From: an uncultured Pelagibacteraceae bacterium | GTDB taxonomy: Bacteria > Pseudomonadota > Alphaproteobacteria > Pelagibacterales > AG-422-B15 | Assembly (NCBI GenBank): GCA_902611715.1 | Contig: CACMAQ010000001.1 | Coordinates: forward strand, 26,720 to 90,719 | Length of the DNA: 64,000 nucleotides | Reading direction: 5' to 3' | In this document: piece by piece, positions 18,853 to 28,941 of the stretch | Numbering within the stretch: the first letter of the stretch is position 1 | Layout: every line of letters begins with the position of its first letter | The notes under the pieces: generated by a model | The model's database searches: none | What the model was told of the DNA's origin: nothing | The model's input: only the letters and a program-made list of their open reading frames with translations | Program-made: the position numbers and the translations under genes

Positions 18853-21090
18853 ATGCTGAAATTTATTTTAATATTTGTATTTAGTTTATCTATTTTTCTT
18901 AGCGCTAATGCAGACAATCAAACGATTTGGATAACGCCAAGTGAAACTGATTATTCAAGATTATCTACTGGTCTAGCAGGTTCAAATATATCTATTATAA
19001 ATGAAAACGAAATCAAAAACTCAAGCAATCTTACACTTCCTGAAATTGTATCTAAATACTCAGGCGTTCAGCTCAGAAACCTGTATTCAAATGTTAATTC
19101 AACTCAGACAACTTTAGATTTAAGAGGGTTTGGTGAGTCAGCAAAAAATAATTCATTAATTTTACTAAATGGGCGTAAATTAAATGATATAGATATGTCT
19201 GGAGTAAATCTTTCTATAGTTCCAAAAGAGTCCATAAAAAGAATAGAGTTAATTCGTGGAGGTTCAGCTTCAACTATTTATGGTGATGGAGCAATTGGTG
19301 GAGCTATAAATATAGTAACAAAAAATGTTTCAGATACAGAAAATATTCTAAAAATTGGATCAAGATCCCATGATACTTACTCTTCAGATATTTTAGTTCC
19401 AATCAAGATTGATGATAACTCCGGTATTTTAGTTTCTGCATCAATCAGTAACAGCGATACTTATAGGCAACGTTCAGATTTTGAAAGTGAAAATTTTTTA
19501 ATAAGGTATAACTTAAAAAACGAAAATTATGATTTTTACATTGACGTCAATAATAATGCATATGAGCAATTGCTTCCGGGAGCAAGGTTCACTCCAAATT
19601 TGAATGGATCTACTCCAACAGATACAGTTTCTTGTAATCTTCTTTCAGATAGTAGAACTGCTTTTCAAAAAGGAGCGTGGTATCTTTTGCCGGGTCAGTG
19701 TTTAACTAGAGATCCTGATTACGCTAAATTTGACATCATTGAGGTGTCCGCGGGCGTCAATATTAAACTTAATAGTGTAACTGATATCAATTTAAACGCT
19801 GCCAATAGAGATAAAGAACAAAAGGCATTTGTAGCAGGAGGAGCATCAACTCTCGGAAATTCAACTACTAGTGATGTCTTTAATCATTACGACATGGAGA
19901 CAGACTACTTATCATTAAGATCAGACCATAAAACTTTTATAGGAAATAGCTTTACAATTCTTAGCACAGGAATTGATGTTCAAAACACTGATTACTCTAA
20001 GAAATCGAGTCAAAATCCATTACTCTCATTTGGAGGATTTGTTTATGCTTCGCAAGAAAGCCGAGCAATGTACTCACAAAATTCTGTAAATCTAGATGAT
20101 GGAAATTCAATTCTTTCATTTGGAGCTAGATTGGAAAATGCTAAATATAAAGTTTATGAGTTTTTTGATAATAGTATTAGTAAGTTTGCGTTTAGTAATG
20201 CGCGGGACTCTTACCAAACAAAAATGTCAAATCATGCAATTAATATTGGTATTGAACACATCCTAGATAATCAAAACAGAATATACGCAAAATATGCTGA
20301 AGCTTTTAGAACGCCAGATTTAGACTCTAGAAATTCGACATGTGTTAGTAGTTATAATTATCCTTGTAGTGACCCAGCTTTTTTCCTTAAAGATCAAACA
20401 TCTGATGAGATTGAAGTAGGAGTACGTCACAACCAAAATGGATTGAATTTAAATGCTAGTATATTTGAAATGAACACCCTAAATGAAATTAGATATTTAC
20501 CCGAAAAAAATAATACTAACTTAGATCCAATAAAACGTAAGGGCTTTAATTTAGATTTTAATTATGATTATTTGTCAAACGTTAACATATTTGGATCATT
20601 TTCATACATTGATGCGCACTTCACATCTGGCTCCCTTACAAGAGGAGCTTTTGAGGGAACTTATGCAGCAAACTCACAAACCGCAATTAATAAAATGGAC
20701 AATAGTAGAAATTTAGAAGACGGAACCTACAATATTGCAGGATTAAAGGTACCTCTAGTATCTGAATATATTTATAATTTAGGACTAAGCTATAAAATTT
20801 CTCAGGAAACTACTTTTAAAATAGACGCGTCGTTTGTTGACGAAATGTTTGTTTCAAATGATCAAGAGAATATAGAGCCTACTATACCAAGTTATTATTT
20901 ATTTGATTTATTTCTAACTACTGAAAATAAAAAAAATAAATGGTCTTTCGGTATCGATAATATTTTTAATACAAGTTATTATAATTTTGCAGTAGCTAGT
21001 AGTTCGCATACGGACTCCTCGTATGGTAGACAAAACATGTATCCAATGGAAAGAAGGAGTATTTTTCTTGATTATTCTTATAAATTTTAA
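18853..21090 (+). CDS. TonB-dependent outer-membrane receptor (corrinoid-regulated, BtuB-like by context)
   Basis: 745 aa with a signal peptide. Plug-domain motifs are DLRGFG, LLNGRKLN and IELIRGGSASTIYGDGAIGGAINIVTK. The C-terminal aromatic ...YSYKF is typical. It is preceded by the B12 riboswitch. Confidence 0.85.
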   Translation: MLKFILIFVFSLSIFLSANADNQTIWITPSETDYSRLSTGLAGSNISIINENEIKNSSNLTLPEIVSKYSGVQLRNLYSNVNSTQTTLDLRGFGESAKNNSLILLNGRKLNDIDMSGVNLSIVPKESIKRIELIRGGSASTIYGDGAIGGAINIVTKNVSDTENILKIGSRSHDTYSSDILVPIKIDDNSGILVSASISNSDTYRQRSDFESENFLIRYNLKNENYDFYIDVNNNAYEQLLPGARFTPNLNGSTPTDTVSCNLLSDSRTAFQKGAWYLLPGQCLTRDPDYAKFDIIEVSAGVNIKLNSVTDINLNAANRDKEQKAFVAGGASTLGNSTTSDVFNHYDMETDYLSLRSDHKTFIGNSFTILSTGIDVQNTDYSKKSSQNPLLSFGGFVYASQESRAMYSQNSVNLDDGNSILSFGARLENAKYKVYEFFDNSISKFAFSNARDSYQTKMSNHAINIGIEHILDNQNRIYAKYAEAFRTPDLDSRNSTCVSSYNYPCSDPAFFLKDQTSDEIEVGVRHNQNGLNLNASIFEMNTLNEIRYLPEKNNTNLDPIKRKGFNLDFNYDYLSNVNIFGSFSYIDAHFTSGSLTRGAFEGTYAANSQTAINKMDNSRNLEDGTYNIAGLKVPLVSEYIYNLGLSYKISQETTFKIDASFVDEMFVSNDQENIEPTIPSYYLFDLFLTTENKKNKWSFGIDNIFNTSYYNFAVASSSHTDSSYGRQNMYPMERRSIFLDYSYKF

Positions 21091-21135
21091 ATTGAATTAC
21101 AAAATAAATATATTGCTATTAAGTAGTTGTTAGGT

Positions 21136-21666
21136 ATGTTTGATTTTATGAAATTAGTGAGAAATCAATATTTAACATTAGTTTTTATAATTATAGCATT
21201 AGCTGTAGCTCGAATAATACCCCATCCACCAAACTTCACTCCAATTTTAGGTATGGCAGTTTTCTCTGGAGCAATTATTGGTAAAAAATATATTGCTTAT
21301 TTAATACCACTAGCAGCAATGTTACTAAGCGATCTATATATTGGGTTTCACAGTAGTATGCCAATTATTTATTTTGCTTTAGCTTTGTGTGTTTTAATTG
21401 GTACATTAATTGAGTCGAAAATTTCCGTTCTTAATTCTATTTTTAGTATTAGTTTTGGTGTTATTGTTTTTTTTATTATTTCAAATGCTGCTGTATGGTA
21501 TGGATCTGGGATGTACGAGCACAACATACAAGGTATTTTAACTTGTTATTATATGGCACTTCCTTTCCTGCAAAATACCTTTATTTCAAGTTTAATTTAT
21601 GGATTAGCCGCTTTTCAGATTTATGATCTAATTGTCAACAGAACCAATATGGTAAAAGATAACTGA
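21136..21666 (+). CDS. Small 6-TM membrane protein, candidate inner-membrane corrinoid permease (context only)
   Basis: About 176 aa with about 6 predicted TM helices. It lies 45 nt downstream of the riboswitch-controlled receptor on the same strand. The start is uncertain (TTG 21127, ATG 21136 or ATG 21148). Confidence 0.5.
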   Translation: MFDFMKLVRNQYLTLVFIIIALAVARIIPHPPNFTPILGMAVFSGAIIGKKYIAYLIPLAAMLLSDLYIGFHSSMPIIYFALALCVLIGTLIESKISVLNSIFSISFGVIVFFIISNAAVWYGSGMYEHNIQGILTCYYMALPFLQNTFISSLIYGLAAFQIYDLIVNRTNMVKDN

Positions 21667-21730
21667 AAAATACCGTTGAAATTTGGGTTTTAAGAGATAT
21701 ATTTTGAAATAATCAAACACAGGAGATTCT

Positions 21731-22933
21731 ATGGATACCGCTTTTTCAAATGATGATTTAAAGTTTCAAAGTGAAATAAGAGATTTTATAAAAACAAATT
21801 ATCCGCAAGAACTTAGAGACTCAATCAACTCAAAAAGAAAACTAGGTAAAGAACTCTCGAGAGAAGATCTTACAGCTTGGCATAAAATTTTAGGAAAGCA
21901 CAATGGTTGGTCGGCACCAAGTTGGCCTAAACAGTATGGTGGAGCAGAATTCACTCCTACACAAAAATATATTTTTGAGAAAGAATGCGCAAAAGCTGAA
22001 TGTCAATATATTATGCCATTTGGAATAAATATGGTTGGTCCAGTAATTTATACTTTTGGAAATGAAGAGCAAAAAGCCCAACACTTACCTGGAATTTTAA
22101 GTGGTGAAGTTTTTTGGTGTCAGGGTTACTCAGAGCCTGGCTCAGGTTCGGACCTTGCCTCATTAAAAACAAGCGCTGTGAAGGAAGGCGACCATTATAT
22201 CGTTAATGGACAAAAAACTTGGACTACAATGGCACAGTATGCAGATTGGATTTTTTGTTTAGTAAGAACCAATCCTGATGCAGAAAAACCTCAACAAGGT
22301 ATTTCATTTCTTTTGATTGATATGAAAACTCCTGGTGTAACAGTTAGACCAATCAAGCTTATGGATGGATCTCATGAGGTCAATGAAACTTGGTTTGATA
22401 ATGTCAAAGTTCCAGTAGAAAATTTAATTGGTCAAGAAAATATGGGTTGGACGTATGCAAAATTTTTATTAGCACATGAAAGATCAGGTATTGCCGGTGT
22501 TGCAAGATCAAAGAAAGCAATAGAAAGAATTAAGCAAATTGCAAGCTCTGAAATGTCATACGGCGAACCTTTAATTCAAGATCCAGCATTTAAAGCAAAA
22601 ATAGCAGCTGCAGAATTAGAGTTATCAGCACTTGAGTACACTGAATTAAGAACGCTTGCAAAGGACTCTGCTGGTAAAGGTCCTGGGCCAGAATCTTCTC
22701 TTTTGAAAATTAAGGGAACAGATATTCAGCAAGCTGTTACTGAGTTGGCTATGGAAGCTGTTGGATATTACGCAAATCCTCATCTTGGCACGACTTTGAG
22801 TAATGAATATGTCGGTCCAGACTATGCTACTAATCTATCAGGAACATACTTTAACTTTCGTAAGGCATCCATTTATGGAGGATCTAACGAAATTCAAAGA
22901 AATATCATAGCTAAAATGGTCCTAGGTCTTTAG
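21731..22933 (+). CDS. Acyl-CoA dehydrogenase family protein
   Basis: 400 aa. WCQGYSEPGSGSDLASL, NGQKTWTT and the C-terminal IYGGSNEIQRNIIAKMVLGL are ACAD-type. Confidence 0.8.
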   Translation: MDTAFSNDDLKFQSEIRDFIKTNYPQELRDSINSKRKLGKELSREDLTAWHKILGKHNGWSAPSWPKQYGGAEFTPTQKYIFEKECAKAECQYIMPFGINMVGPVIYTFGNEEQKAQHLPGILSGEVFWCQGYSEPGSGSDLASLKTSAVKEGDHYIVNGQKTWTTMAQYADWIFCLVRTNPDAEKPQQGISFLLIDMKTPGVTVRPIKLMDGSHEVNETWFDNVKVPVENLIGQENMGWTYAKFLLAHERSGIAGVARSKKAIERIKQIASSEMSYGEPLIQDPAFKAKIAAAELELSALEYTELRTLAKDSAGKGPGPESSLLKIKGTDIQQAVTELAMEAVGYYANPHLGTTLSNEYVGPDYATNLSGTYFNFRKASIYGGSNEIQRNIIAKMVLGL

Positions 22934-22976
22934 TACCTTTTGACATATTTACTGTCATAACTTATAACGCTTTTTT

Positions 22977-24155
22977 ATGAATTTTGATTACACCGAGGAA
23001 CAGACCTTGCTCGACAACATGGTTACTTCTTTTGTAAGAGATAATTATGATTGGGACACTCGTTGCAATATAGTCAAATCAGAAGAGGGATGGAAAGAAG
23101 AAAATTGGAAACAATTTGCGGAACTTGGTCTTCTAGGCGTTCCATTTGATGAAGTCTATGGAGGACTTGGTGGAAAATCTACCGATTTAATGATTGTAAT
23201 GGAACAGTTTGGAAAAGGACTCGTTGTTGAACCATATTTACCAACTGTAATATTAGCTGGTGGATTGATATCAAAACTTGGATCTGAGGAGCAAAAGAAT
23301 TCAATTATACCAGAAATAATCTCAGGAAAAATTAGATGTGCGTTTGCATATGCTGAGCCACAAAGTAGATTTGATTTAAATGATGTAAAAACGTCAGCTG
23401 TACTTAACGGAGATGACTATGTATTAAATGGTTTTAAGTCGGTGGTATTTGGAGCAGGTATGGCTTCACACCTTATTATTTCTGCAAGAACTGAAGGAGA
23501 GCAAAGATCTGAGTCTGGAATTACATTATTTATTGTTGATACAAAGTCTGAGGGACTTACACTGCAAAATTATCCAACAATTGATGAATACAGAGCCTCT
23601 GAAGTTATCATTGAGAATCTAAAAGTTTCAAAAGATAATGTCTTAGGAAAAGTTAATATGGCTTACGATGCCATTGAGGAAATTGTAGATATAAGCACAA
23701 TTGCTGCATGCTCTGAAGCAGTTGGTATTCTGCAAGTTTTAAAAGACTCTACAACTGAATATTGCAAAAACCGGAAACAATTCGGACAATCAATTGCTAA
23801 AAATCAGGTTATACAGCACCGTCTAGTGGATATGATGATTGAGTATGAACAGGCTAAGTCAATTCTTTACATGGCAGTTACAGCAGATTTGACTAATTCA
23901 GATGAAAGAAGAAAAGCAGTATCAGCTGCTAAAGCACGTATAGGTAAAGCAATAAAATTTGTAGGCGAAAGTGCTATTCAATTGCATGGCGGAATGGGTG
24001 TTGTTGATGAATATATGGTAAGTCACTATTTTAAAAGGGCGACAATGATTGGAGTATTATTTGGTAATACTGATTATCATATGAAAAGATATATGACTCT
24101 TACCCAATCAGGTATTTCATCATCTGACGAAGCAATTTCAGTCAGTGTTACCTAA
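22977..24155 (+). CDS. Acyl-CoA dehydrogenase family protein
   Basis: 392 aa with an ACAD domain pattern (QLHGGMGVVDEY...). It is paired with the preceding ACAD gene. Confidence 0.75.
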   Translation: MNFDYTEEQTLLDNMVTSFVRDNYDWDTRCNIVKSEEGWKEENWKQFAELGLLGVPFDEVYGGLGGKSTDLMIVMEQFGKGLVVEPYLPTVILAGGLISKLGSEEQKNSIIPEIISGKIRCAFAYAEPQSRFDLNDVKTSAVLNGDDYVLNGFKSVVFGAGMASHLIISARTEGEQRSESGITLFIVDTKSEGLTLQNYPTIDEYRASEVIIENLKVSKDNVLGKVNMAYDAIEEIVDISTIAACSEAVGILQVLKDSTTEYCKNRKQFGQSIAKNQVIQHRLVDMMIEYEQAKSILYMAVTADLTNSDERRKAVSAAKARIGKAIKFVGESAIQLHGGMGVVDEYMVSHYFKRATMIGVLFGNTDYHMKRYMTLTQSGISSSDEAISVSVT

Positions 24156-24162
24156 ATAAATT

Positions 24163-25065
24163 TTATTCAGCGAGTTTTTTAAATATGTGAGCTGTATGTT
24201 CTGCTCCTGTTTTGAGCGCCTTACCGCCATCCATATTCGATGCTTCAGCCCACTTTTCAGCTAACATATCCGCATTAAGTTCATCGCCTTTAAGAGCAAC
24301 ACCTTGTGAATGAACTATTTCTGCAGAAGCAAATACACCAGCACCGGCTGATATCATCGCACCATTCGGTGCATCTTCAGATGCCATAAACATGACTGCA
24401 GGTGAAACAGTTTCAGGTTTTAAACTATCGAAAACTGCATCAGGCATTCCTAAATTTTCTGTCATTCGTGTTGCCGCAACAGGAATTAAAGAATTTACTT
24501 TAATATTATATTTCATACCCTCAATTTTAAGAGTATTCATTAGTCCAACAACTCCCATTTTAGCTGCACCGTAATTTGATTGCCCAAAATTTCCAAACAC
24601 ACCAGAAGATGAAGATGTCATGATTATTCTTCCATAATTTTGTTCTGTCATAATTGGCCAAACCGCTTTTGTACAATAAACAGAACCCATCATATGAACG
24701 TTTACTACAAATTCGAAATCATCAAGTGTTACTTTTGCAAACGACTTGTCTCTCAGAACACCTGCATTATTTACTAAAATATCAACACGACCAAAGGCAG
24801 CCATTGTATCATCAACTAGTTTTTTCACGCCTGCTTTGTCAGTTACACTTGATCCGTTAGAAATTGCCTCACCACCCATGGCTTTTATTTCATCAACTAC
24901 TTTCTCAGCAGCTTCACTTGATCCACCAGTACCATCAACAGAACCACCTAAGTCATTTACGACAACTTTAGCTCCTCTTTTTGCAAATTCTAAAGCGTGA
25001 CATCTTCCAAGACCACCACCTGCACCTGTGACTATTGCAACTTTATCGTTAAAACTAATTGTCAT
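24163..25065 (-). CDS. Short-chain dehydrogenase/reductase, MFE-2 (3-hydroxyacyl-CoA dehydrogenase)-like
   Basis: 300 aa. The N-terminus FNDKVAIVTGAGGGLGR...VVVNDLGG closely resembles the dehydrogenase domain of multifunctional enzyme type 2. A YGAAK catalytic motif is present. Confidence 0.75.
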   Translation of the reverse strand: MTISFNDKVAIVTGAGGGLGRCHALEFAKRGAKVVVNDLGGSVDGTGGSSEAAEKVVDEIKAMGGEAISNGSSVTDKAGVKKLVDDTMAAFGRVDILVNNAGVLRDKSFAKVTLDDFEFVVNVHMMGSVYCTKAVWPIMTEQNYGRIIMTSSSSGVFGNFGQSNYGAAKMGVVGLMNTLKIEGMKYNIKVNSLIPVAATRMTENLGMPDAVFDSLKPETVSPAVMFMASEDAPNGAMISAGAGVFASAEIVHSQGVALKGDELNADMLAEKWAEASNMDGGKALKTGAEHTAHIFKKLAE

Positions 25066-25074
25066 GTATAACTC

Positions 25075-25740
25075 CTATTCGATTAATTCCGTTAATTGAG
25101 AAAAATTGTTTATAACTAAATCAGCATCATTGTAAATATTTTTATTATCAGTATATCCATAACCCACCAAAACAACTGGCATATTTGCATTATGACCTGC
25201 ATTTAAGTCTGTTGCACTATCTCCAATCATTATTGACTCATTTTCACTTACACTTAATTTTTTACATATTTCAATCAATGGAAATGGGTCAGGCTTACTT
25301 TTTGCAAACGTATCTCCACCAACAAGGTAGTCAAAGTAATGCAAGACTCCAAGTTTTTCTAATAACATATTGCTGAGCTTTTCCATTTTATTTGTACAAA
25401 CTGCCAACTTTAATTTTTTAGATTTTATGAGCTTTAATACCGTTTCAATATTTTCAAATAATACACTATCGTCATCAATATTGTGAGTATAGTGAAGCAA
25501 AAATATTTTTAACATCTCATTAATTTTATCATCATCATGAGGAATATTTTTGGTTACTGCTGTTCTTCGAATTAATTCACGAGCCCCATAACCAACTAGA
25601 TTTCTTATTTCCTCCAATGTGACAAGCGGTTCATTCAGTTCTGATAGCATATAATTCAGTGAGTTCTTAAAATCTGGAGCTGTATCAACTAGGGTCCCAT
25701 CTAGGTCAAATATGAAGAGTTTTTTATTTTTTAAATTCAT
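25075..25740 (-). CDS. HAD-superfamily phosphatase (phosphoglycolate phosphatase-like)
   Basis: It has the FIFDLDGTLVDT motif I and the GDSATD motif IV. I place the start at M49 (25740) because the longer track ORF overlaps glmU. Confidence 0.7.
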   Translation of the reverse strand: MNLKNKKLFIFDLDGTLVDTAPDFKNSLNYMLSELNEPLVTLEEIRNLVGYGARELIRRTAVTKNIPHDDDKINEMLKIFLLHYTHNIDDDSVLFENIETVLKLIKSKKLKLAVCTNKMEKLSNMLLEKLGVLHYFDYLVGGDTFAKSKPDPFPLIEICKKLSVSENESIMIGDSATDLNAGHNANMPVVLVGYGYTDNKNIYNDADLVINNFSQLTELIE

Positions 25741-25816
25741 TTTTTTGAGTAAATCTCTGAAATAAAATTTTACGATACAATTAATGGCATATTGGTTATT
25801 TTCCAAAAAAAATTCA

Positions 25817-27118
25817 ATGAAAAATTTAGAAATAATAATACTTGCTGCTGGTAAAGGCACAAGAATGAAATCAAGCAAACCCAAAATACTTCATGAATTG
25901 GGCGGTAAGCAAATAATTGATTATGTGATCGATGCATCAATTAGATTGAAGCCAAAAAGAATTCATCTAGTTGTAAACAACCAAATTAAAAATAATTTTA
26001 AAAAATATAATAATTTAAATATTGTTATTCAAAAAAAACAGAATGGCACCGGCGATGCAATAAAGTCTGCTATAAAAAGTCTTGAAAAAGATTCGGTTAC
26101 TCTAGTTCTTTATGGTGACGTTCCTCTTATAAAATATAAAACTATTCTTAATGTCTCAAAAATTAGAAGAAATAAAGTAAACTTATTATGTTTCAATAAA
26201 GAAGAAAGAAATAATTACGGTAAAGTTATATTAGGAACAGACGGTTTGGTCAGTCAGGTTGTTGAGCAAAAAGAGCTTAAGAAAAACGAAAATTACTACT
26301 TATGCAATTCAGGAATTTTTGCTATCGAGACAAAGCTATTAAGCTCTTTGTTACCTAAATTAAATAATAATAATAAGAAGAAAGAATTTTATTTAACTGA
26401 TATATTTAATTTGGCATTTAAAAAAGGTATAGAAGTCAATCCGATACTAACTGCAAGGACAGAAGTTATGGGTGTAAATGATAAAAATGATTTAGCGATG
26501 GCTGAAAAAGAAATCCAAAATGAATTGAGATCCAAGCATCTTACTGCAGGCGTGACCATGAGAGACCCTGATACTGTATATTTATCGAAAGATACTAAAA
26601 TTGGAAAAGACGTTACAATTCATCCATTTGTGATCATCGGCAAAAACGTCGTTATTGGTAACAATACTGAGATACACGCATTCAGTCATATAGAAGATTG
26701 TAAAATTGGGAAAGAAGTTAGTATTGGACCTTATGCAAGAATAAGACCAGGCACAAAAATATCCGATAATGCTAAGGTTGGTAATTTTGTAGAGATTAAA
26801 AATTCAAAAATAGATAAGGGGTCAAAAGTAAATCACTTGTCATATATAGGTGATACAGAAATAGGTAAAAAAGTTAACGTGGGAGCTGGAACTATTACTT
26901 GCAATTACGATGGTGTCTCAAAATTTAAAACAGTTATCAAAGATAAAGCATTTATAGGCTCAAACTCATCTTTAGTAGCCCCGTTAATTATAGGTAAGAA
27001 TGCTTATGTTGGTTCTGGTTCAACTATAACTAAACATGTAGTTGAGAATAGTCTTGCGGTTGAAAGATCATCTCAAAAGATGGTAAAAAATTGGTCAAAT
27101 AAAAAAGGAAAAAAGTAA
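25817..27118 (+). CDS. glmU: Bifunctional UDP-N-acetylglucosamine pyrophosphorylase / GlcN-1-P acetyltransferase
   Basis: It has the LAAGKGTRMKS motif and C-terminal hexapeptide repeats. The start is taken at MKNLEIIILAAG (25817). Confidence 0.85.
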   Translation: MKNLEIIILAAGKGTRMKSSKPKILHELGGKQIIDYVIDASIRLKPKRIHLVVNNQIKNNFKKYNNLNIVIQKKQNGTGDAIKSAIKSLEKDSVTLVLYGDVPLIKYKTILNVSKIRRNKVNLLCFNKEERNNYGKVILGTDGLVSQVVEQKELKKNENYYLCNSGIFAIETKLLSSLLPKLNNNNKKKEFYLTDIFNLAFKKGIEVNPILTARTEVMGVNDKNDLAMAEKEIQNELRSKHLTAGVTMRDPDTVYLSKDTKIGKDVTIHPFVIIGKNVVIGNNTEIHAFSHIEDCKIGKEVSIGPYARIRPGTKISDNAKVGNFVEIKNSKIDKGSKVNHLSYIGDTEIGKKVNVGAGTITCNYDGVSKFKTVIKDKAFIGSNSSLVAPLIIGKNAYVGSGSTITKHVVENSLAVERSSQKMVKNWSNKKGKK

Positions 27119-28941
27119 TGTGCGGTATCATTGGTATAGCTTCTAAAGAAAATGTGTCTTCGAACATTATAAATGCATTAAGGAAATTAGAATATCGTGG
27201 TTACGATTCTGCTGGTATTGCAATAAACACTGCCAAGAAGATCAATCAAAGAAAAGTAAAAGGCAAGCTTGATAATTTGATTTACGCTCTTCAGAAAGAT
27301 CAATTTGATGGCAATACGGGAATAGGTCATACTCGTTGGGCTACTCATGGGGAACCTTCTGATAAAAATGCTCACCCCCATTCATCAACCTCGGTATCGC
27401 TTGTACATAATGGAATAATTGAAAATGCTGCGGAATTGAAAAAATTAAAGGAGGTTAAAGATTACCATTTTGAGTCTGACACTGACTCTGAAGTAATTAC
27501 AGCATTATTAACGTTTTATCTAAAGGAGGGTCTTAGCCATCTTGAGAGTGTTCAAAAGACAATTTCTTCTCTTGAGGGATCATATGCTCTAGCAATTATT
27601 TTTAGTGATAGTGAAGACACTATTTATGGCGCTAAGAACGGAAGTCCACTTGTTGCAGGTACAAATGGAGTTGGCAATTCAATAGGATCTGACTCAATTG
27701 CATTAAGTTCAGTTGCCAATAAAGTGTGTTACTTGGAAGATGGGGATATAACAGTTTTAAATAAAGAAAGCATAGAAATTTATAACCTGGAGGGTGAAAG
27801 AGCTAATAGAGAATTTGTTGAAATAGGAATAAACGAGTCAGAAGTTTCGAAGGGTCCCTATAAACACTTTATGGAGAAAGAAATACATGAACACCCTCAT
27901 GCAGTAGGTGAAACATTTCGACAATTTATAGATTACGATAAGGGTACAATCGTAATTTCAAATATTAATTTTAATTTTGATAAAATTTCAAAGATCTATC
28001 TGATTGCTTGCGGAACAGCTTATTATTCGTGTTTGATGGGAAAATATTATTTTGAACAATATGCAAGGACACCAGTTGAATGCGATATGGCATCAGAGTT
28101 TCGCTATCGTGATCCAGTAATCGATCCAAATGCATTATGTATATTTGTCTCTCAATCTGGTGAAACCGCCGATACTAAAGCTGCATTAGATTATTGTAAA
28201 AAGCAAAAAATTCAGACGTTGAGTATTGTAAACGTTAAAAATAGCTCAATAGCAAGAGATAGTGATCATTGTATTTATACTAAGGCAGGAGCAGAAATAG
28301 GGGTTGCTTCAACAAAGGCGTTTACCGCTCAATTATCAGTACTATTATCTCTATCAATTCATTTGGCATCAGAAAAAAAATTCATGTCTATTGAGGAAAA
28401 TGCAAAATTATGTAAGGAGATTATGCAAGCACCTCTATTGCTTGAACAAGCAATTGAAAGATCTTATTCACTTAAAGACACGGCAAAAGCAATTATAAAT
28501 GCCAAGGGTGTAATGTATCTTGGCCGCGGTACTGCGTTTCCATTGGCACTGGAAGGAGCATTAAAGTTTAAAGAAATATCATATATTCACGCAGAGGGAT
28601 ATCCTGCAGGTGAAATGAAACATGGTCCGCTTGCACTAATAGAAAAAGATTTGCCAGTTGTGTGCATTGTTCCACCAGGTCCCCTTTTTCATAAATCAAT
28701 ATCAAACATACAAGAAGTTATTGCTCGTGGGGGTAAAATATTAATGATAACAGACGATGAAACATTGGAGTCAAACTCTGAAAATATTTGGGAAGTTTTT
28801 CGTTTACCAAAATGTCCCAAATCAATTGAAGCAATCGTTTATTCAGTTCCCATTCATATGCTTGCCTATTACACGGCAGTTGAGCTTGGCAATGATGTCG
28901 ATCAGCCAAGAAATCTTGCTAAGTCTGTTACCGTAGAATAA
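27118..28941 (+). CDS. glmS: Glutamine--fructose-6-phosphate aminotransferase
   Basis: 607 aa with N-terminal MCGIIG, two SIS domains and the C-terminal ...KSVTVE. The start overlaps the glmU stop codon by one base (27118). Confidence 0.9.
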   Translation: MCGIIGIASKENVSSNIINALRKLEYRGYDSAGIAINTAKKINQRKVKGKLDNLIYALQKDQFDGNTGIGHTRWATHGEPSDKNAHPHSSTSVSLVHNGIIENAAELKKLKEVKDYHFESDTDSEVITALLTFYLKEGLSHLESVQKTISSLEGSYALAIIFSDSEDTIYGAKNGSPLVAGTNGVGNSIGSDSIALSSVANKVCYLEDGDITVLNKESIEIYNLEGERANREFVEIGINESEVSKGPYKHFMEKEIHEHPHAVGETFRQFIDYDKGTIVISNINFNFDKISKIYLIACGTAYYSCLMGKYYFEQYARTPVECDMASEFRYRDPVIDPNALCIFVSQSGETADTKAALDYCKKQKIQTLSIVNVKNSSIARDSDHCIYTKAGAEIGVASTKAFTAQLSVLLSLSIHLASEKKFMSIEENAKLCKEIMQAPLLLEQAIERSYSLKDTAKAIINAKGVMYLGRGTAFPLALEGALKFKEISYIHAEGYPAGEMKHGPLALIEKDLPVVCIVPPGPLFHKSISNIQEVIARGGKILMITDDETLESNSENIWEVFRLPKCPKSIEAIVYSVPIHMLAYYTAVELGNDVDQPRNLAKSVTVE

